From positions 1-61,145 of IMG/VR virus record IMGVR_UViG_3300027844_000688: a stretch of DNA of 61,145 nt. One strand, given 5' to 3'. This DNA is from a virus (taxonomy: Duplodnaviria; Caudoviricetes). Shown piece by piece: positions 37,050-47,414 of the stretch (its first letter is position 1; each line of letters begins with the position of its first letter). The position numbers and the translations under genes are program-made. The notes under the pieces are model-generated. The model ran no database searches and was not told where the DNA came from. It saw only the letters and a program-made list of their open reading frames with translations.

Positions 37050-38117
37050 TCAGAACACAGTACCGCAGACAGGGCACTCTCCGTGATCCCCAAGCAAATC
37101 CTCTACCGCCTTATCGGCGGAAGATCGTTCTGTGTCCGTGGTTTCGATGTCTTTCTGGGTATCTATTATTTGGGCACGCACGATGAGTATACGATCTCGC
37201 AACGACCGCAGATCGACCAATGTAGACGCCATGTTAGTAGCGGCCACGACTGACCCATTGAAGTTGGGAACCGACGCCTCATCGATACCCGTCAGACTTT
37301 CAACCGCCTGCCGAGAATCCTGCAAGCGGGTGCGTAGACCACGCATCTCTTGAAGCTCCTTCAAGAGATCGTAGAGATCCCACCGTGGGATCTTGATCTC
37401 ATCAACCCCGGCGAGATGCTCAACTTCAGATGTAGCCTTCACCCAAGCGGCGTGCAGGTCCGTGACCTTGCCTATGACCCCATGAAGATGCGCTGCCTTC
37501 TCGATGGAACCTTCAATGCCGCTCGACTGGTCAATGACTTCATCCAACCCCTCATAGGTCTCAAGCTCTCCCACCAGGGATTGCTCATCGGTGCGACGGA
37601 CCTTGAGGGTGCTGGAGGCAGAACGGCGGTCAGACTCGGAAGTCTTCAAGGCTCGGTTCAAGGCACCGACCCGTTCCACGTCAGACACAGCTTCCGCAAT
37701 CACCGATCCTGGCTGATCCACAAGGAACGCCACATCAACGATCTGCCGTGCAACTTGAGGCCAGATGGGCTGACCGCCTGCCACAATAGGTCTAATGTCG
37801 AGAGCCGCCACCTCGGGGGGAACTTCCCGCCCAGAATAGATGGGTTCACCGTCGTTGACGATGTATCGAGGCTTGATCTTCGGCCCCTTCTCCCAACACA
37901 CCTTCTCACCGGAATCAAACTCAATCTCCACCGATGAGTAGTCTGCCCCATGCCTGACGAACGATGTCCCCTTGGTGTTGGTGAAGACACCATGAATAGC
38001 CCGCATCAAGGCGCTTTTGCCCCGGTTGTTGCTCCCGGTAACAACAGTAAAACCATCGATCTCGATGCTACTGTCTTTGATACTCTGGAAGTTCTGTACC
38101 CGAACTCTAATCGCCAT
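37050..38117 (-). CDS. SbcC/Rad50-like ATPase, N-terminal half ending at the Zn hook
   Basis: VQNFQS, Walker A GSNNRGKS, Q-loop, coiled coil and terminal CPVCG. Confidence 0.85.
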   Translation of the reverse strand: MAIRVRVQNFQSIKDSSIEIDGFTVVTGSNNRGKSALMRAIHGVFTNTKGTSFVRHGADYSSVEIEFDSGEKVCWEKGPKIKPRYIVNDGEPIYSGREVPPEVAALDIRPIVAGGQPIWPQVARQIVDVAFLVDQPGSVIAEAVSDVERVGALNRALKTSESDRRSASSTLKVRRTDEQSLVGELETYEGLDEVIDQSSGIEGSIEKAAHLHGVIGKVTDLHAAWVKATSEVEHLAGVDEIKIPRWDLYDLLKELQEMRGLRTRLQDSRQAVESLTGIDEASVPNFNGSVVAATNMASTLVDLRSLRDRILIVRAQIIDTQKDIETTDTERSSADKAVEDLLGDHGECPVCGTVF

Positions 38118-38373
38118 TGGCCGCTCCACTCGTCTCTGGGGGCGTAAGCGAACGAGTCACAGAAGGTGAGGCATAAGGACACGCAGGGCATCCCAAGTAG
38201 GTGCATACCCCCACATCACCCGTAAGTTGGGCCATCTTCGCTTTCACTGTCACTTCACAGAGATTGGCCCCGCAGTTAGGGCACGTCATGTTCTTGTCTT
38301 GGCTGGCTTTCCACTCGGGAACACCAATCGGTTCCGGGTTTGGGAGCCCATAGTCTCGTAGGTTTTTGCTCAT
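38107..38373 (-). CDS. Zn-ribbon protein
   Basis: CPNC...CPAC. Confidence 0.6.
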   Translation of the reverse strand: MSKNLRDYGLPNPEPIGVPEWKASQDKNMTCPNCGANLCEVTVKAKMAQLTGDVGVCTYLGCPACPYASPSVTRSLTPPETSGAANGD

Positions 38374-38409
38374 AAGACCTCCTGTAAGTTTTACCCCCCA
38401 CAGCGGGTT

Positions 38410-39558
38410 TTAGACCCCCTCCAACCCATCGAACACATCAAGCTCTTCTTCCTCGGGAACGGTTCCATGCGCTTGACGCATCCCCATCTGGGCTTGGAGG
38501 TAAAGCTCTTCCAAGGCCCCTGGTGTAGCCTGGAGAACCTCACGGAACTTCTCGGACCCCTGACCCCGAATCTCTGTGCCGTCTGATCGGTGCCAAGAGT
38601 ACCAAGAGCCTGACTTCTTCAAGACCTTGTGGGCCGCTGCCACATCAAGGATGCTCCGAAGATTGTCTATCCCCTCACCCTGCCGGATGTAGAGAATCGA
38701 GTCGTGGTTCTGTTGGGGTGAAACCTTGCACTTCTCCAGCTTGACCTTCACCACGTTCCCGATGGTTTGATCCACCATCTTGTGGGACATCGGGTCGTAG
38801 ACCTTGCCCTTCTCCTGCTTGATCCGCTGGAGCTTGATCATCAGAGAGGCATAGAACTTCCATGCCTTGCCACCCTGAATGTTGGTGGAATCGCCGTAGC
38901 CCATCGTGTTGATCTTGTCTCGAATCTGGGCGATGCAGATCAGGGTAGTTCCCGTCTTCTGGGTCTTCACCTTGAACTTGGGGAGATACTTGGACCACTG
39001 ACGGGCAAGCTCTCCAATCGCAGATCGACGACCCTGCTCATCCACCTTCTCCGCCATCACGGCTTCTGGAACGGCTGCTCCAACAGAGTCGATGACAATG
39101 AGGTCCACCCCTGCATTGATCAGCACCCAGATGATCTTGATACCTTCTTCCAGGGTATCTGGCTGGTACAGCATGAACTTGTTGGGGTCGTTGATGGGAA
39201 TCCCGAGGTTGGCAGCGTAACGTGGCTGGATCTCGTTCTCCCAATCGATGTAGGCCACCGTCCCACCAGCGGCGATCACAGATACCGCTGCGGTCAGGGC
39301 CAGAGTTGTCTTCCCCGACGCTTCGTGACCGTAGATGCTAATGACCTTCCCGACCGGATAGCCAGGACAGATAGAGTCTGGCCCCCCAATCAAAGAGTCG
39401 AGAACGATACTCCCGGTTGCGATGTGGGGGATCTGGTCACGGGCATCGTCTTCCCCCAAAGGAACGTAAGCATCCGAATCCTTCAATGCCTTGTCGAGCA
39501 CCTCTTTGGCGCTGGACAACGCTGATTGTGCTACTTTTGCCTTCGTTCCTTTTGCCAT
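38410..39558 (-). CDS. recA: RecA recombinase
   Basis: IATGSIVLD, GHEASGKTT, IVIDSV, QIRDKI, GGKAWKFYAS and KSGSWYS. Confidence 0.95.
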   Translation of the reverse strand: MAKGTKAKVAQSALSSAKEVLDKALKDSDAYVPLGEDDARDQIPHIATGSIVLDSLIGGPDSICPGYPVGKVISIYGHEASGKTTLALTAAVSVIAAGGTVAYIDWENEIQPRYAANLGIPINDPNKFMLYQPDTLEEGIKIIWVLINAGVDLIVIDSVGAAVPEAVMAEKVDEQGRRSAIGELARQWSKYLPKFKVKTQKTGTTLICIAQIRDKINTMGYGDSTNIQGGKAWKFYASLMIKLQRIKQEKGKVYDPMSHKMVDQTIGNVVKVKLEKCKVSPQQNHDSILYIRQGEGIDNLRSILDVAAAHKVLKKSGSWYSWHRSDGTEIRGQGSEKFREVLQATPGALEELYLQAQMGMRQAHGTVPEEEELDVFDGLEGV

Positions 39559-39560
39559 TT

Positions 39561-40223
39561 CTATCCCTCCGACCAGACCGACCAGAGGAAGAAGCGGTCT
39601 TCTTCCCTATGGATCAATCCAGGTTTTATAGTTTGACCAGCCTTCTTACCACGCTGGTATGTATGAATCTTGATGAACTGGTGCTTCTCTGCGGGAGTCA
39701 GATCCCCCTCCTGTAAAGTACCCTCAAAGAACTGCCAGAACCGAGCCGCAGCTAAAGCTGCCCAAAAGGCGTCTGCCTCGTTGTGGTTCCAACGGCCTTT
39801 GTTCCCAGCGTTCCTCTTGGCGGCTTCGACCATATCGCCCTTGAGCATCTTCCAGCCCTTCGGACGATCCAAGAAGTGTCGAGCGTGAACTTTGAGTTGG
39901 CCGGGAGAGAAGAACACAACGTCTTTCTTCTCCAGCTTCAATGCCTCGTTGGAGTAGAGGAACAGGCCGTACATGCCCTCACTCCACAGATCATTGAACA
40001 CAGGAGACTCAATACCAACCCGGTCCGGTTGGTATGTCTGGATCAACTCCCGCAAATGCTCCCGCATGTAGATGTACCGATCCACAAAGGGCATCTTCGG
40101 TGTCGTCTGAAAACGCCCTCGTTGTGGGCAGCGGCTTTGGCCTTCTGCCTCGGAATCATAGATTGCCCACCCGTAGTTGGTGAGCGATGGGTCGAGCCCG
40201 AGAACCAGCACAGCAGCCTCCAT
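39561..40223 (-). CDS. ruvC: RuvC-like Holliday junction resolvase
   Basis: VLGLDPSLTNYGW, VGIE and NEADA. Confidence 0.8.
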   Translation of the reverse strand: MEAAVLVLGLDPSLTNYGWAIYDSEAEGQSRCPQRGRFQTTPKMPFVDRYIYMREHLRELIQTYQPDRVGIESPVFNDLWSEGMYGLFLYSNEALKLEKKDVVFFSPGQLKVHARHFLDRPKGWKMLKGDMVEAAKRNAGNKGRWNHNEADAFWAALAAARFWQFFEGTLQEGDLTPAEKHQFIKIHTYQRGKKAGQTIKPGLIHREEDRFFLWSVWSEG

Positions 40224-40230
40224 TAGACCA

Positions 40231-40265
40231 CGCCGTAGTTGGGGCCGGGTGCCCCAACTACGGCG
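40231..40265. repeat. Perfect 15-bp hairpin between the ssb-like gene and ruvC
   Basis: CGCCGTAGTTGGGGC-CGGGT-GCCCCAACTACGGCG. Confidence 0.9.
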
Positions 40266-40271
40266 AGAGGG

Positions 40272-41009
40272 CTACTCTGATAGGTTCAGGATGTCGTCCA
40301 GAAGATCGTCCACTTCCTCGGTGGTAGCAGACGTGTCAGTAGGCGTGGAAACCCCACCATCCTTGCCCAGCTTCTCTCGAATCTGGTCCAGGGTCAGATC
40401 ACGGGCAAAGTCGTCACGGATCGTTGATGCGACCACCAAGGCTTGAGCCAGGATCTTCTCCACCACTTCTGCCTTCTTGTCACCTGCTTCCACGAACTTG
40501 CGGAACAGGCTCTCACGGCACGGAGAGAGGTTCAGCTTCTTGAACTGTGCCTCGGTGCAGGTCACAGACAGATCGTGGCTGCCAAAGGGGAACTCTCGGT
40601 GGATGCTCGCCATCTGCTCGTACTTCGACTTGCCAAAGAACCACGGCAGAACCTCACACTCACCAGCGGCGATGCGAGCCTTGTCGGGGGTTCCATCGTC
40701 CTTGGTGGGCCAAACGATAGCGATGGTGCCAACGCCCATACGGGGCTGATCACCGGCCAGCTTGGTGTACTCGGAACCCTTGTTCAAGATGTACCCCACC
40801 TTCGGGATGTACGAACGGGGGCCACCGATGAATCGGGGGGTCTCGGCATCCATGTCGAGTTCACCCTCTTCCAGACCGGGCCACCAAACGAAGCTGACCC
40901 GATAGGTCTTGTCCAACTCCTTGGGGTCGAACCGCTTGTTGCCCTTAGACTTGACCGAGGAATCTCCGTCCCCAAAGCCAAACTCTGCATATCCTGTTGC
41001 TGTACTCAT
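40272..41009 (-). CDS. Putative ssDNA-binding protein (gp32-like)
   Basis: AAGGAG RBS, DLSVTC....FK.....PC core, acidic tail EEVDDLLDDIL. Adjacent to recA/ruvC. Confidence 0.6.
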   Translation of the reverse strand: MSTATGYAEFGFGDGDSSVKSKGNKRFDPKELDKTYRVSFVWWPGLEEGELDMDAETPRFIGGPRSYIPKVGYILNKGSEYTKLAGDQPRMGVGTIAIVWPTKDDGTPDKARIAAGECEVLPWFFGKSKYEQMASIHREFPFGSHDLSVTCTEAQFKKLNLSPCRESLFRKFVEAGDKKAEVVEKILAQALVVASTIRDDFARDLTLDQIREKLGKDGGVSTPTDTSATTEEVDDLLDDILNLSE

Positions 41010-41103
41010 TTTTGCTATCTCCTTGCAGGCTGGTTGTGAAATCTTATCGTTCGGAAACGTGCCTGCACTCTTCATACTCTATGGGAGAGATATTCACCCC
41101 CCC

Positions 41104-41952
41104 TCAATCAAAAGTGCTGATCAAATCGTCCAGATTGAACCCTTCATCTGCGAATCGGGTGACGGGTGACGTAGAGGGTGGATCAATCCCCTGCTTCTTT
41201 GAGGGGAGGGTCTCCATCTCGATATCATCGAGGAACCCATCTACCTCTGCTTCCTCCGAAGTGGGGGGCAAGACCTCCGCTGCGGTAGGGGTCACATCCT
41301 CGGGCTTGGTCTTCGATTCTGGGGCGTCCTCTACATCGGGGGCGTCCTCTACATGGAACTCCCCCTCAACATTGTCGAGAAAGCCGTCGATGTCTGCCAG
41401 GGCATTGTGGCCTGCCATTAGATCAACATCGGTTCCTGGGACTACTTTTGATCCCCAATGAGAGCCAAGTGAAATCTCTTCTTGGCAGAGCTTGATCTGA
41501 TCCCGAAGACGCCCTTGGATGTCCTTCAAGTCAGTACGCTTGGCCTTGACCACGGTCATCACACCTTCGAGTTCGTGAGCCGCATCCTCGTAGATGATCT
41601 TCTCTTGGATCTCGGCTCGCATCTTCACAGATGCCATCGCCTCACGATCTGCGACGTTACGCCCCGCTCGAACTTCTGGGTCAGAAGCAAACAAGTCGTG
41701 TTTGGTAAGTTCAATGACCGCTTCGGCCTTGCGGAGCTTGTGCTTGAACCACTGGAGATCCTGGGCGACCGAGAGATACATCCGTTCTAACCGAGAAAGC
41801 AGAGCACGGACCTCATAGACCTTGGTGTTGATCCGCTTCGGACCAAAGGCCAACGGGTCGGCATCCAAAGCAACATCCATAGTGGATAAGGCCCCGTAAA
41901 CCTTTTCGACCCTCTCTTGATCAATGGTTGGCTTACGTTCCTTCTGGGCCAT
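41104..41952 (-). CDS. Coiled-coil protein, possibly a UvsY-like recombination mediator
   Basis: Start MAQKERK with AAGGAG RBS. Helical core and acidic tail. Function inferred from context. Confidence 0.5.
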   Translation of the reverse strand: MAQKERKPTIDQERVEKVYGALSTMDVALDADPLAFGPKRINTKVYEVRALLSRLERMYLSVAQDLQWFKHKLRKAEAVIELTKHDLFASDPEVRAGRNVADREAMASVKMRAEIQEKIIYEDAAHELEGVMTVVKAKRTDLKDIQGRLRDQIKLCQEEISLGSHWGSKVVPGTDVDLMAGHNALADIDGFLDNVEGEFHVEDAPDVEDAPESKTKPEDVTPTAAEVLPPTSEEAEVDGFLDDIEMETLPSKKQGIDPPSTSPVTRFADEGFNLDDLISTFD

Positions 41953-42280
41953 GTCCTGCTCCTTGTACCAAGGAGGCCATCTCGGATGCGATGAGATTGG
42001 CATAGCCTCGTTTGATTGAAATGATTTGGTCTCGGAAGAAATCATCCGAGACGGCACCGGAAACTTTGGCTTGCTCAAGCAAAGCCACGTCTGCCCGAAG
42101 TGCCAACATATGGGCACAGACCACAGCGTCAGAGGCGTACCCATCGATCTCTACCGTGAACTGAAGACCGAAGTCGTTGGTTTCAGTCTTCAAGGTACGG
42201 GTAACGGCCACCTCTCGGAGTCTCATAGAGTCTCGGAGGTGTTCAAAATGGGTCTGCTCTGTGGTCTTTTCGTCGCTCAT
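41933..42280 (-). CDS. Hypothetical protein
   Basis: 115-aa ORF with GAGG RBS. Confidence 0.6.
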   Translation of the reverse strand: MSDEKTTEQTHFEHLRDSMRLREVAVTRTLKTETNDFGLQFTVEIDGYASDAVVCAHMLALRADVALLEQAKVSGAVSDDFFRDQIISIKRGYANLIASEMASLVQGAGHGPEGT

Positions 42281-42318
42281 TCGGGCCTCTCTTTTGTCTA
42301 CCCTGCGGGTAACTAAAT

Positions 42319-44703
42319 CTACCCACCCACCACAAAAGCGTGCCGGAGACGATCAATAAACAAGGTGTTGCGGTCTTGTTCTTTGTTGTTGCCTACTGCT
42401 CGCTCCAGTGCCGAGTGGGTTCCCACCAAGATCACCTTCTCCTTGGCCCGTGTGACACCCGTATACAACAGGTTGCGTTGAAGTTGGTGGTGGAACGAAT
42501 CCACCAGGGGCATCACGATATGCCCATACTCCTGCCCCTGACTCTTGTGGATAGTGCAAGCGTAAGCCAACCGCAGATACCGGGGTGCATCCTTGAAGGA
42601 GAACCGGACCAAGAGGGGACGAGTGTCGTGGATTTTGACTTCCACTTCCTTGGTTCGACGGTCGATCCGAGAGATCTTCCCCACGTCTCCGTTGTAGACA
42701 TGCAGCTTGTAGTTGTTCTTCACAACCATGACCCGATCACCCTCTCGGACATCGCCGGACCCCAAACGAATCTCCTGTACGCCAGGAGACTTGGGGTTCA
42801 GCAACTCTCTCAACCGAGAGTTTAGGTTCGTGACACCTACGGTTCCGGTGTGACGTGGAGAGAGGATCTGAAAGTTCTCTCGGTCCCGGTATAGCTTCTC
42901 GGCGATCTTGAGGATCGCAGCCAACACCTTGGTCTCATCAGAGATACCCACCAAAGCGAAGTCAGACTTCTGACCGGCATCTGGAACCCGACCCGCATGG
43001 ATCTCATGGGCGGCGTACACAATGTCAGAAGTGTCTTCCTGTCGGAAAATCTCGGTGAGGCTGACCGTAGGGAACGAATCGGAGTCAATCAGATCACGCA
43101 GGACATTCCCCGGCCCCACAGAAGGTAGCTGTGCCGCATCCCCCACAAAGACCAACCGACAAGTACGGGAGGTGCCTGCCAGCAACCGATAGAGTAAGGC
43201 TTGATCCACCATCGAGGCTTCATCAATCACAACGAACTGGGCAGGGTGGGGGTTGCTCTGTGAGTGCCCCCATTCTTCCGATGAGTTGGCCTCAACCCGG
43301 GTCTGTGAATCCCCAACGATTCCTGCATACGTGAACTCTCGGGTCTCGGCACTGATACCAGAGGCTTGGAACGCCCGATGGATCGTCTTTGCCTTGGACC
43401 CGGTAACAGCCTCAAGCCGCTTGGCGGCGATGCCTGTCGGGGCTACCAACAAGTAAGGCAGGCCCGTTGACTGGATAATACGAACCAGAGTTCGCAAGCT
43501 GGTGGTCTTCCCGGTGCCGGGGAGACCCGAAATCACACTCACGGGATTCAGCAAGGCGTTCCGAACGCCTTGAATCTGGTCCGGTGTCAGGTTGACCTTT
43601 GCCAACTCACCCCATTCATCAATGGCTTGCTGGGCGACCCCCTCAACGAGATCGTCGGCCCGCTTCTTGGAAAACTGCTTCCAACCCTGGATCTTCTTCT
43701 TGGCCCCGCCCGCAGTCTTCATGGTCTTCGGACCCACAGAGGCCAACTGCTCCACGAACTGCTCTATGCGGTCTTGGTTGTCCAACCCAGCATGTCCCAC
43801 CCTCTCTCGCAGCAAGGCTGTGGATTCCTCTTCGACCTTGTAGAACCAGGGTTCATAAATCGCTGTGGTCCCGGGGCGGGTCTCCCGGTCCAAATGGACC
43901 AGCCCTGCCTTGCTCAAATCTCCCAAGGAGACCGCCAACTGCTTTGGCTCCAAGTCAGGGATGTTCTGACGTACCAGATGAAGCAACTGCCCGGTAAGCA
44001 AGTAAAGGTGGCCCATCTCCTTTTGAGTCTTGATGGCATAGAGAGCCGCCCCCTTGACCCGATTGAGATCGTTGAGATCGAGGCCGAGCTTCCTCGCAAC
44101 CTCATCGGCAACCTTGAAGGTCAGCCCCTCAAGCTCAACCAAAGACCACGGGTTCTGGGTCAGGATGTCCTGTGTCTTATCCCCGAAATGTGCCCAAATC
44201 TTGGTGATCTTGCCCTTCGGAACATCAAGATCGTTCAAGAAATCCAACACTTGGAAGTGCGCCTTGGCAGACCTCCACCGAGAAGCCAAGTGTAGCGCCG
44301 TGAGATTGGTCATGCTGGGAGCCTTCTCAAGCCGAGAAGAGTCCTCCAAGGCATCGATAAAGTCGTCCCCAAAATGGTGGTGCAACCGCTTGACGAGAAG
44401 CTCACCGACACCGGCAGAGATCAACATCTTTCCTGCGGTCTCGATATCGATACCGTCCTTGAGGACGGGTGCCCGAAGAATCTGGATCTGTCTCCCGTAT
44501 TGTGGGTGATCTACCCATTTACCATCGAAACCGAACCAGACCCCGACCGACACGGGCAAACCGGGAATGTTTCCCCGAACAGTGACGGGGCCTCTCCCAT
44601 TAGTGTCATCCATTGACACCTTGAGGACGTAGAACGCCTGGGATGAGTTCTCATAAAGAACCGAGTGAACCCTTCCAGAAAAGTATGTTTGAGGGCTACC
44701 CAT
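42319..44703 (-). CDS. recD2: RecD2-like SF1B helicase
   Basis: N-terminal OB/HhH region (HPQYGRQ, NPW.L), GLPGTGKTT, DEASM, GDAAQLPSVG, NGDVG, TIHKSQG and YTGVTRAK. Confidence 0.92.
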   Translation of the reverse strand: MGSPQTYFSGRVHSVLYENSSQAFYVLKVSMDDTNGRGPVTVRGNIPGLPVSVGVWFGFDGKWVDHPQYGRQIQILRAPVLKDGIDIETAGKMLISAGVGELLVKRLHHHFGDDFIDALEDSSRLEKAPSMTNLTALHLASRWRSAKAHFQVLDFLNDLDVPKGKITKIWAHFGDKTQDILTQNPWSLVELEGLTFKVADEVARKLGLDLNDLNRVKGAALYAIKTQKEMGHLYLLTGQLLHLVRQNIPDLEPKQLAVSLGDLSKAGLVHLDRETRPGTTAIYEPWFYKVEEESTALLRERVGHAGLDNQDRIEQFVEQLASVGPKTMKTAGGAKKKIQGWKQFSKKRADDLVEGVAQQAIDEWGELAKVNLTPDQIQGVRNALLNPVSVISGLPGTGKTTSLRTLVRIIQSTGLPYLLVAPTGIAAKRLEAVTGSKAKTIHRAFQASGISAETREFTYAGIVGDSQTRVEANSSEEWGHSQSNPHPAQFVVIDEASMVDQALLYRLLAGTSRTCRLVFVGDAAQLPSVGPGNVLRDLIDSDSFPTVSLTEIFRQEDTSDIVYAAHEIHAGRVPDAGQKSDFALVGISDETKVLAAILKIAEKLYRDRENFQILSPRHTGTVGVTNLNSRLRELLNPKSPGVQEIRLGSGDVREGDRVMVVKNNYKLHVYNGDVGKISRIDRRTKEVEVKIHDTRPLLVRFSFKDAPRYLRLAYACTIHKSQGQEYGHIVMPLVDSFHHQLQRNLLYTGVTRAKEKVILVGTHSALERAVGNNKEQDRNTLFIDRLRHAFVVGG

Positions 44704-45295
44704 CTTGAGTGATCTTCTCCAGTCTTCCGAGCATGTCCTTGAGTTCAGCAATATCGACACCCAAGACCTCGGGATCAATATCGGGCTTCTGACCGGGCAT
44801 CGTGGCCCGTAGCTTCTCAAGGGATTCCTTCATCTTGTCCACATCTATCATGGTGGCGCAGGCCACCCGAGAGTAGTGCCCAACAAGGAAGGCGAAGGGG
44901 AGGTCTACCTCGGTTCCGTCGAACTTCTCTATGAACCAACGAGTGCCGTCTTGTCGGAGGATGCCCTCCAAGGAGAGGCTAAAAAACCTGTGTGGGTGCT
45001 CATGGTGGCCGAACTGGCACCATTCCATCGGTTGAAGAAGGCAGGAACCCCCACCCCATTTCTCTGGGTCCGGTGGCATAACCGGAGGGAAGTGGTGAAG
45101 GGCTATCGTGACCCGTTGGTCGATCTGGGGCTTCAAAGTCTCTACAAGAGACTGCTTTCCATGATCTTCCGTAAGGGAGACAATCGTAGTGGGGTCCACC
45201 ACGAAGGGATCTTGGCCCCACGGGGCCTCCCCATCATCTTCCAGGGAGAATACTCCCTCCAACAATATGGCTTTGAACTCTTCAAGTGCTTCCAA
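44696..45295 (-). CDS. Hypothetical protein
   Basis: 199-aa ORF containing WGGGSC...CQFGHH. Confidence 0.65.
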   Translation of the reverse strand: MEALEEFKAILLEGVFSLEDDGEAPWGQDPFVVDPTTIVSLTEDHGKQSLVETLKPQIDQRVTIALHHFPPVMPPDPEKWGGGSCLLQPMEWCQFGHHEHPHRFFSLSLEGILRQDGTRWFIEKFDGTEVDLPFAFLVGHYSRVACATMIDVDKMKESLEKLRATMPGQKPDIDPEVLGVDIAELKDMLGRLEKITQDG

Positions 45296-45350
45296 GGGAA
45301 CCTCCAGTACATCTACTCCATCTACATGGAAATGTACCGGTGGTAGACCC

Positions 45351-47339
45351 TCAAAGACTCAAAGTACAGGTGCCGCCATCACAAAACTTGTCCTCTGCGG
45401 ACACATCATGGGTTTCGGTAGAGGCAAGATTCAGTGGGGAGATCTTATCCATCATCTGCCAGTATTGATCCCCGGTGATCGTCTCGTAGGGGGCCTGCAC
45501 ATATCCGTGGTCGTTCAACGGAAGCATCGAGATGGACTTCAGGTCTGCCTCATAGATCTCCAGACAGGGCTTGATGTCCTTGACCTCATCCTGTCGGAAC
45601 GTGACCGTGATGGAGACTTGGTTGTCTGCCCAATGTCGCTGGAGGTCCACAGCGTTAGCGAACTGCTGCCACATGGTCACGTCGTCCTTACCTTGAACGA
45701 AGTGTTCCTCTCTGACCGGGAAGCTAACCACCGAAGTATCATCGGAATAAGCATCAGCCTCCACCTCGTACCCGGCTTTCTCGCAGGCAGCGACCAAAGG
45801 CGAAGTGTTCTGCACCCGAATACGTCGAATGTAGTGCTCACTGTGGGGGTAGTGAATCCCCGGGGTTGATCCAGTCAGAAGGCTCACCGTGCCGGACGGC
45901 TTCACTGAAGTCATCTTCTTACTCAATCCAACACAGAGCCACTCTGAATAGAGGGTGTCCAGGTCTTTGATGTAATCGTAGCCATTGTCGCACCAACGCA
46001 GGTACTCACGACGACCCAGCTTATTCATCGCCTGGATGATCCCAGATTGGGAACAACCGATCCGGCGGTTCCGCTGCGTCACGGCGTTGGTACGGACATC
46101 ATGTGTGGGAACCAGGGTGACGGTCTTGGCATACAAATAGGCAAACTTCAGCGTTCGCTTATAGTCCTCAAAGGAGGTGTGATTCGCAGGGAACGTCTCA
46201 ACCAGACAGCACAACTCGAAGCTCTCCAAGCTCTGCTCGCTACACGGGTTGGAACCCATCACCCGCATATCCTTGTTGTCTGCGGGCTTACCCATTCGGG
46301 AAAACCGCCGCATATTATCGAGCCAGATGATCCCAGGCTCCCCGTTCACAGCGATGGACTTGGCGATCTCGGTGTAGTCCATACCAACCGTGCCGAAGAC
46401 ACTGTTGTTAGAGGCCCAGCGACGATCCATCAGAGCTTCTTTGTCCTGCTTGAGCGTGATGAACTCTTCATCGTCGGGCTCGCCGAACATGATCTCGGCA
46501 GTGCGCCGAATGCCTCCGGCAACCACGCACTTCCCGATGTAGTTGAAGATGTCCACGATCTGCGCTGAAGAAATCTTGGAGGACTTGCCATCTTTGGGTG
46601 TCAGCAAGTTGGTCAGATTCTCAACCAGATCAATCATCGGTTGGGAGCCGGAAGCCACACCACCAAAGCCATTGATAGGAGTTCCACGGGGGCGGACCTC
46701 GGAGTAATCGATATTGGTGGGGTATGCGCCTCGACCGACGAAGCTGTTGAGGACCGTGTGAATCAGATCGACCCAACCCTCACGGGAATCGCCGACCACA
46801 TAAGTCTCATCCGTGTACCGGGGAGTCTGGATTCGGACCTTGCCCTTACCTCGGGTGTCCCCACCAACACCAACGCCCAGCATACTCATATCCATGAGGA
46901 AACAGAACGGAGCGGCGAAGTCCACGTCGATAGCTTGGGTAGAAGCGAACGCACAGTTGTTCAATGCTGCGCTGCCCTTCTCGTAAACCAAATCGGTCCC
47001 CATCATCCACAGACCACGACCGGGAGGAAGCCACTTGAAGTCCCACATACGTCGGAACATCTCTTGTGCCGACTTCTGTGCCTTGGGTTCGTTCCAAGGA
47101 AGCAGGTACGTGCGGCAGTGGATCTTCTGAAGGTTGTAGACACCCTCGACGACACGCTTGCAGGTTTCGTCCCACTCTTCGGTTCGACCGCCTTCGGTTG
47201 GACGGGCGTAGGTACGCTTATACGTGAAGTAGCCCAACGGCCCCCATTCGGGTTGCCTTCCCTGGTATTCCTCAACAAAGTTGAGGGAGAGGGAAAAAGT
47301 ACGGACCTTACGGTCATTCTGGGTTTGGGGGAATATCAT
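45351..47339 (-). CDS. nrdJ: Class II (adenosylcobalamin-dependent) ribonucleotide reductase, monomeric type
   Basis: TYKRTYAR, PPGRGLW, LNNC, GGIRR.A, NPCSEQ, VKPSGTVS and C-terminal FCDGGTC. Confidence 0.92.
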   Translation of the reverse strand: MIFPQTQNDRKVRTFSLSLNFVEEYQGRQPEWGPLGYFTYKRTYARPTEGGRTEEWDETCKRVVEGVYNLQKIHCRTYLLPWNEPKAQKSAQEMFRRMWDFKWLPPGRGLWMMGTDLVYEKGSAALNNCAFASTQAIDVDFAAPFCFLMDMSMLGVGVGGDTRGKGKVRIQTPRYTDETYVVGDSREGWVDLIHTVLNSFVGRGAYPTNIDYSEVRPRGTPINGFGGVASGSQPMIDLVENLTNLLTPKDGKSSKISSAQIVDIFNYIGKCVVAGGIRRTAEIMFGEPDDEEFITLKQDKEALMDRRWASNNSVFGTVGMDYTEIAKSIAVNGEPGIIWLDNMRRFSRMGKPADNKDMRVMGSNPCSEQSLESFELCCLVETFPANHTSFEDYKRTLKFAYLYAKTVTLVPTHDVRTNAVTQRNRRIGCSQSGIIQAMNKLGRREYLRWCDNGYDYIKDLDTLYSEWLCVGLSKKMTSVKPSGTVSLLTGSTPGIHYPHSEHYIRRIRVQNTSPLVAACEKAGYEVEADAYSDDTSVVSFPVREEHFVQGKDDVTMWQQFANAVDLQRHWADNQVSITVTFRQDEVKDIKPCLEIYEADLKSISMLPLNDHGYVQAPYETITGDQYWQMMDKISPLNLASTETHDVSAEDKFCDGGTCTLSL

Positions 47340-47414
47340 CTAACGGGCTCCGCTATCTACTATGGGTTCCAATATCGGGCTCTCGGCAGAGCCCCCACTA
47401 CTGGAGGACGACTA

